Made by a program: the position numbers and the translations under genes
Origin: a virus
IMG/VR virus record: IMGVR_UViG_3300010370_000034
Location: 5,808 to 69,807 of that record
Strand: one strand, 5' to 3'
Length of the DNA: 64,000 bases
In this document: positions 62,567 to 64,000 of the stretch, piece by piece
How the letters are laid out: each line of letters opens with the position of its first letter
Numbering within the stretch: the stretch's first letter is position 1
The notes under the pieces: model-generated
Told to the model about the DNA's origin: nothing
Databases searched by the model: none
The model's input: the letters and a program-made list of their open reading frames with translations, nothing else

Positions 62567-63801
62567 CGTTTGATAGTAGCAATAGCAGGTTGACCTTCAA
62601 CAAACACAGTGTCCACAACGTTTTGGAGACGTTTGACCGTTGCAATACCCACGTTACTGTAAACAGGAACATGAACAAGACCAAAGGACTTAGTGTAATC
62701 CTGGAGTTTACCAGGAGTAAGAGTGCCTTGTTGAATGCGCTTTACGTCATCAAGATGAAGACGAATAACACGACCAACAGACTGGCACATCTCAATAACG
62801 TTCATCTGGCGCATAAGAACCAGAGAAGTCAGACCAGGAACAGAAATACCCTCACTCAAAATAGAATAATGCAGAACAATGAACTTTTTGTCGGGATCAG
62901 CACCAAACTCTTTGATGAGTTGGAAGAAGTGCTCACGGGTGATCTTCTGGTCATTCAAGAATGCACCATGCTTGCTGGTGATCCAAAGAAGATCATAACC
63001 CATAGACTGAACTTCCTTCATGAAGTCAGTCTCAGCAAGCATACGAATCATCACCTTGGTGTTAGGTGCAGCGATCAGAACCTTCTCCATGTGATCTTCA
63101 TTGTAAATAGTGTCCAGAAGGGTCATACAGTCCCTCTCTGCCGCCTCCTCACCCTTCAGACGGACGCTACCAACGTTGATAGCATTGATCTTAGGGGGGA
63201 GGATAGAACCGTTGTTGACAAGGCGTGGGGCAGGAACATTGTAAATGATTCCACCATACACATCAGTGTCGTTCATTCCAGGTTTGGAAGAAGTAGCAGA
63301 ATACTTAGGAGTAGCAGTGAAGAAATAACTGCGGTTAGCAGTAGAAGAGAAATACTTGACGGAAGGATAAAAGCTTTTTTTGACTGAGTTGTGTGCTTCA
63401 TCATAGTAAATCGTGTCTACAGCAATGTTTGCCTCCTGAATGCGATGCAAAGACTGATAGGTAGTGAAGATCAACTTATTACCTTTGGTGTGATAGCACC
63501 AGGAGAAGATTTGATTTGGTTTAGTTGTTGTAAAATAAGGAAGATCAGCGTTAGAGTGAACATGCATGATCGATGCATTAGTGATGTGCTCAGCAAACTC
63601 AGCAGACAACTGACGAGCGAGCATCAACCTAGGTGCAACGACCACGATAGTCTTATCGCCAGACATGAACTGACGAACAGCATCCATGATCGCCACCAGG
63701 GACTTACCACCGCCAGTGGGGATCACGATCATCCCCTTAAGGATGCGCTCCATAATGGCAAGTGCTTCGGACTGGTGAGGACGGAGTTGCATGGGTGTCA
63801 T
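62563..63801 (-). CDS. SF2 DEAD/DEAH-box helicase (type III restriction Res-subunit-like)
   Basis: LRPHQ, PTGGGKS, DEAH, TATP, EGISVP, QSVGRVIR; the early promoter at 63814-63872 implies a start at 63801 or 63792. Confidence 0.9.
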   Translation of the reverse strand: MTPMQLRPHQSEALAIMERILKGMIVIPTGGGKSLVAIMDAVRQFMSGDKTIVVVAPRLMLARQLSAEFAEHITNASIMHVHSNADLPYFTTTKPNQIFSWCYHTKGNKLIFTTYQSLHRIQEANIAVDTIYYDEAHNSVKKSFYPSVKYFSSTANRSYFFTATPKYSATSSKPGMNDTDVYGGIIYNVPAPRLVNNGSILPPKINAINVGSVRLKGEEAAERDCMTLLDTIYNEDHMEKVLIAAPNTKVMIRMLAETDFMKEVQSMGYDLLWITSKHGAFLNDQKITREHFFQLIKEFGADPDKKFIVLHYSILSEGISVPGLTSLVLMRQMNVIEMCQSVGRVIRLHLDDVKRIQQGTLTPGKLQDYTKSFGLVHVPVYSNVGIATVKRLQNVVDTVFVEGQPAIATIKR

Positions 63802-64000
63802 AACGATAGGAATATTATACAGCAAAAATTGCCAACCAATCTCAGATGAGTGGTCAGTTCAAGAATTGGTCAATAGTGATTGGACCCATCGTACCATCAA
63901 ATCGATAATGGTACTCAAGGGCATTATAGCACACATAATGCGGATGATCTGTTGGAACGTCAAGTCTACGACATAACTCTTTATGATTATCTTCCATCGA

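Noticed and set aside
62440-63387. 315-aa plus-strand ORF
   Set aside because: Antisense to the SF2 helicase, which has all canonical motifs; explained by codon bias.

Overview
This window is a 64 kb segment of a T4-like cyanophage (cyanomyovirus) genome, and almost every gene is on the minus strand. (1) Positions 1-24 kb are a late structural block. It holds a VrlC/DUF4815-type virion protein running off the left edge, baseplate wedge gp8, a 4390-aa gp7-like wedge protein, gp6, gp25 and a GT-A glycosyltransferase, with T4-type (T)ATAAATA late promoters. (2) Positions 24.8-31.2 kb are a more GC-rich early region of micro-ORF cassettes. These carry repeated promoter, leader-hairpin and GCAA-hairpin modules, a winged-helix protein, a KTSC protein and an HhH-like protein. 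The region ends in a non-coding, origin-like locus with TCTCG(T/A)CGAGA palindromes, ATTCTCAA repeats and a perfect sigma70 promoter firing antisense into an AT-rich tract. (3) Positions 31-48 kb are a dense array of small early ORFs with accessory enzymes (FabF-like ketoacyl synthase, RlpA-like protein, GT11, oxygenase, zincin). (4) Positions 48-64 kb hold a short tail-collar-like cassette with a tandem 2OG-Fe(II) oxygenase, and a tailoring-enzyme cluster (two SGNH proteins, a NodU/CmcH carbamoyltransferase, two paralogous radical SAM enzymes, several 2OG/cupin oxygenases), plus an HNH nuclease and an SF2 helicase. No tRNA, rRNA or CRISPR array was seen. All family calls come from motif recognition by eye; no database searches were run.
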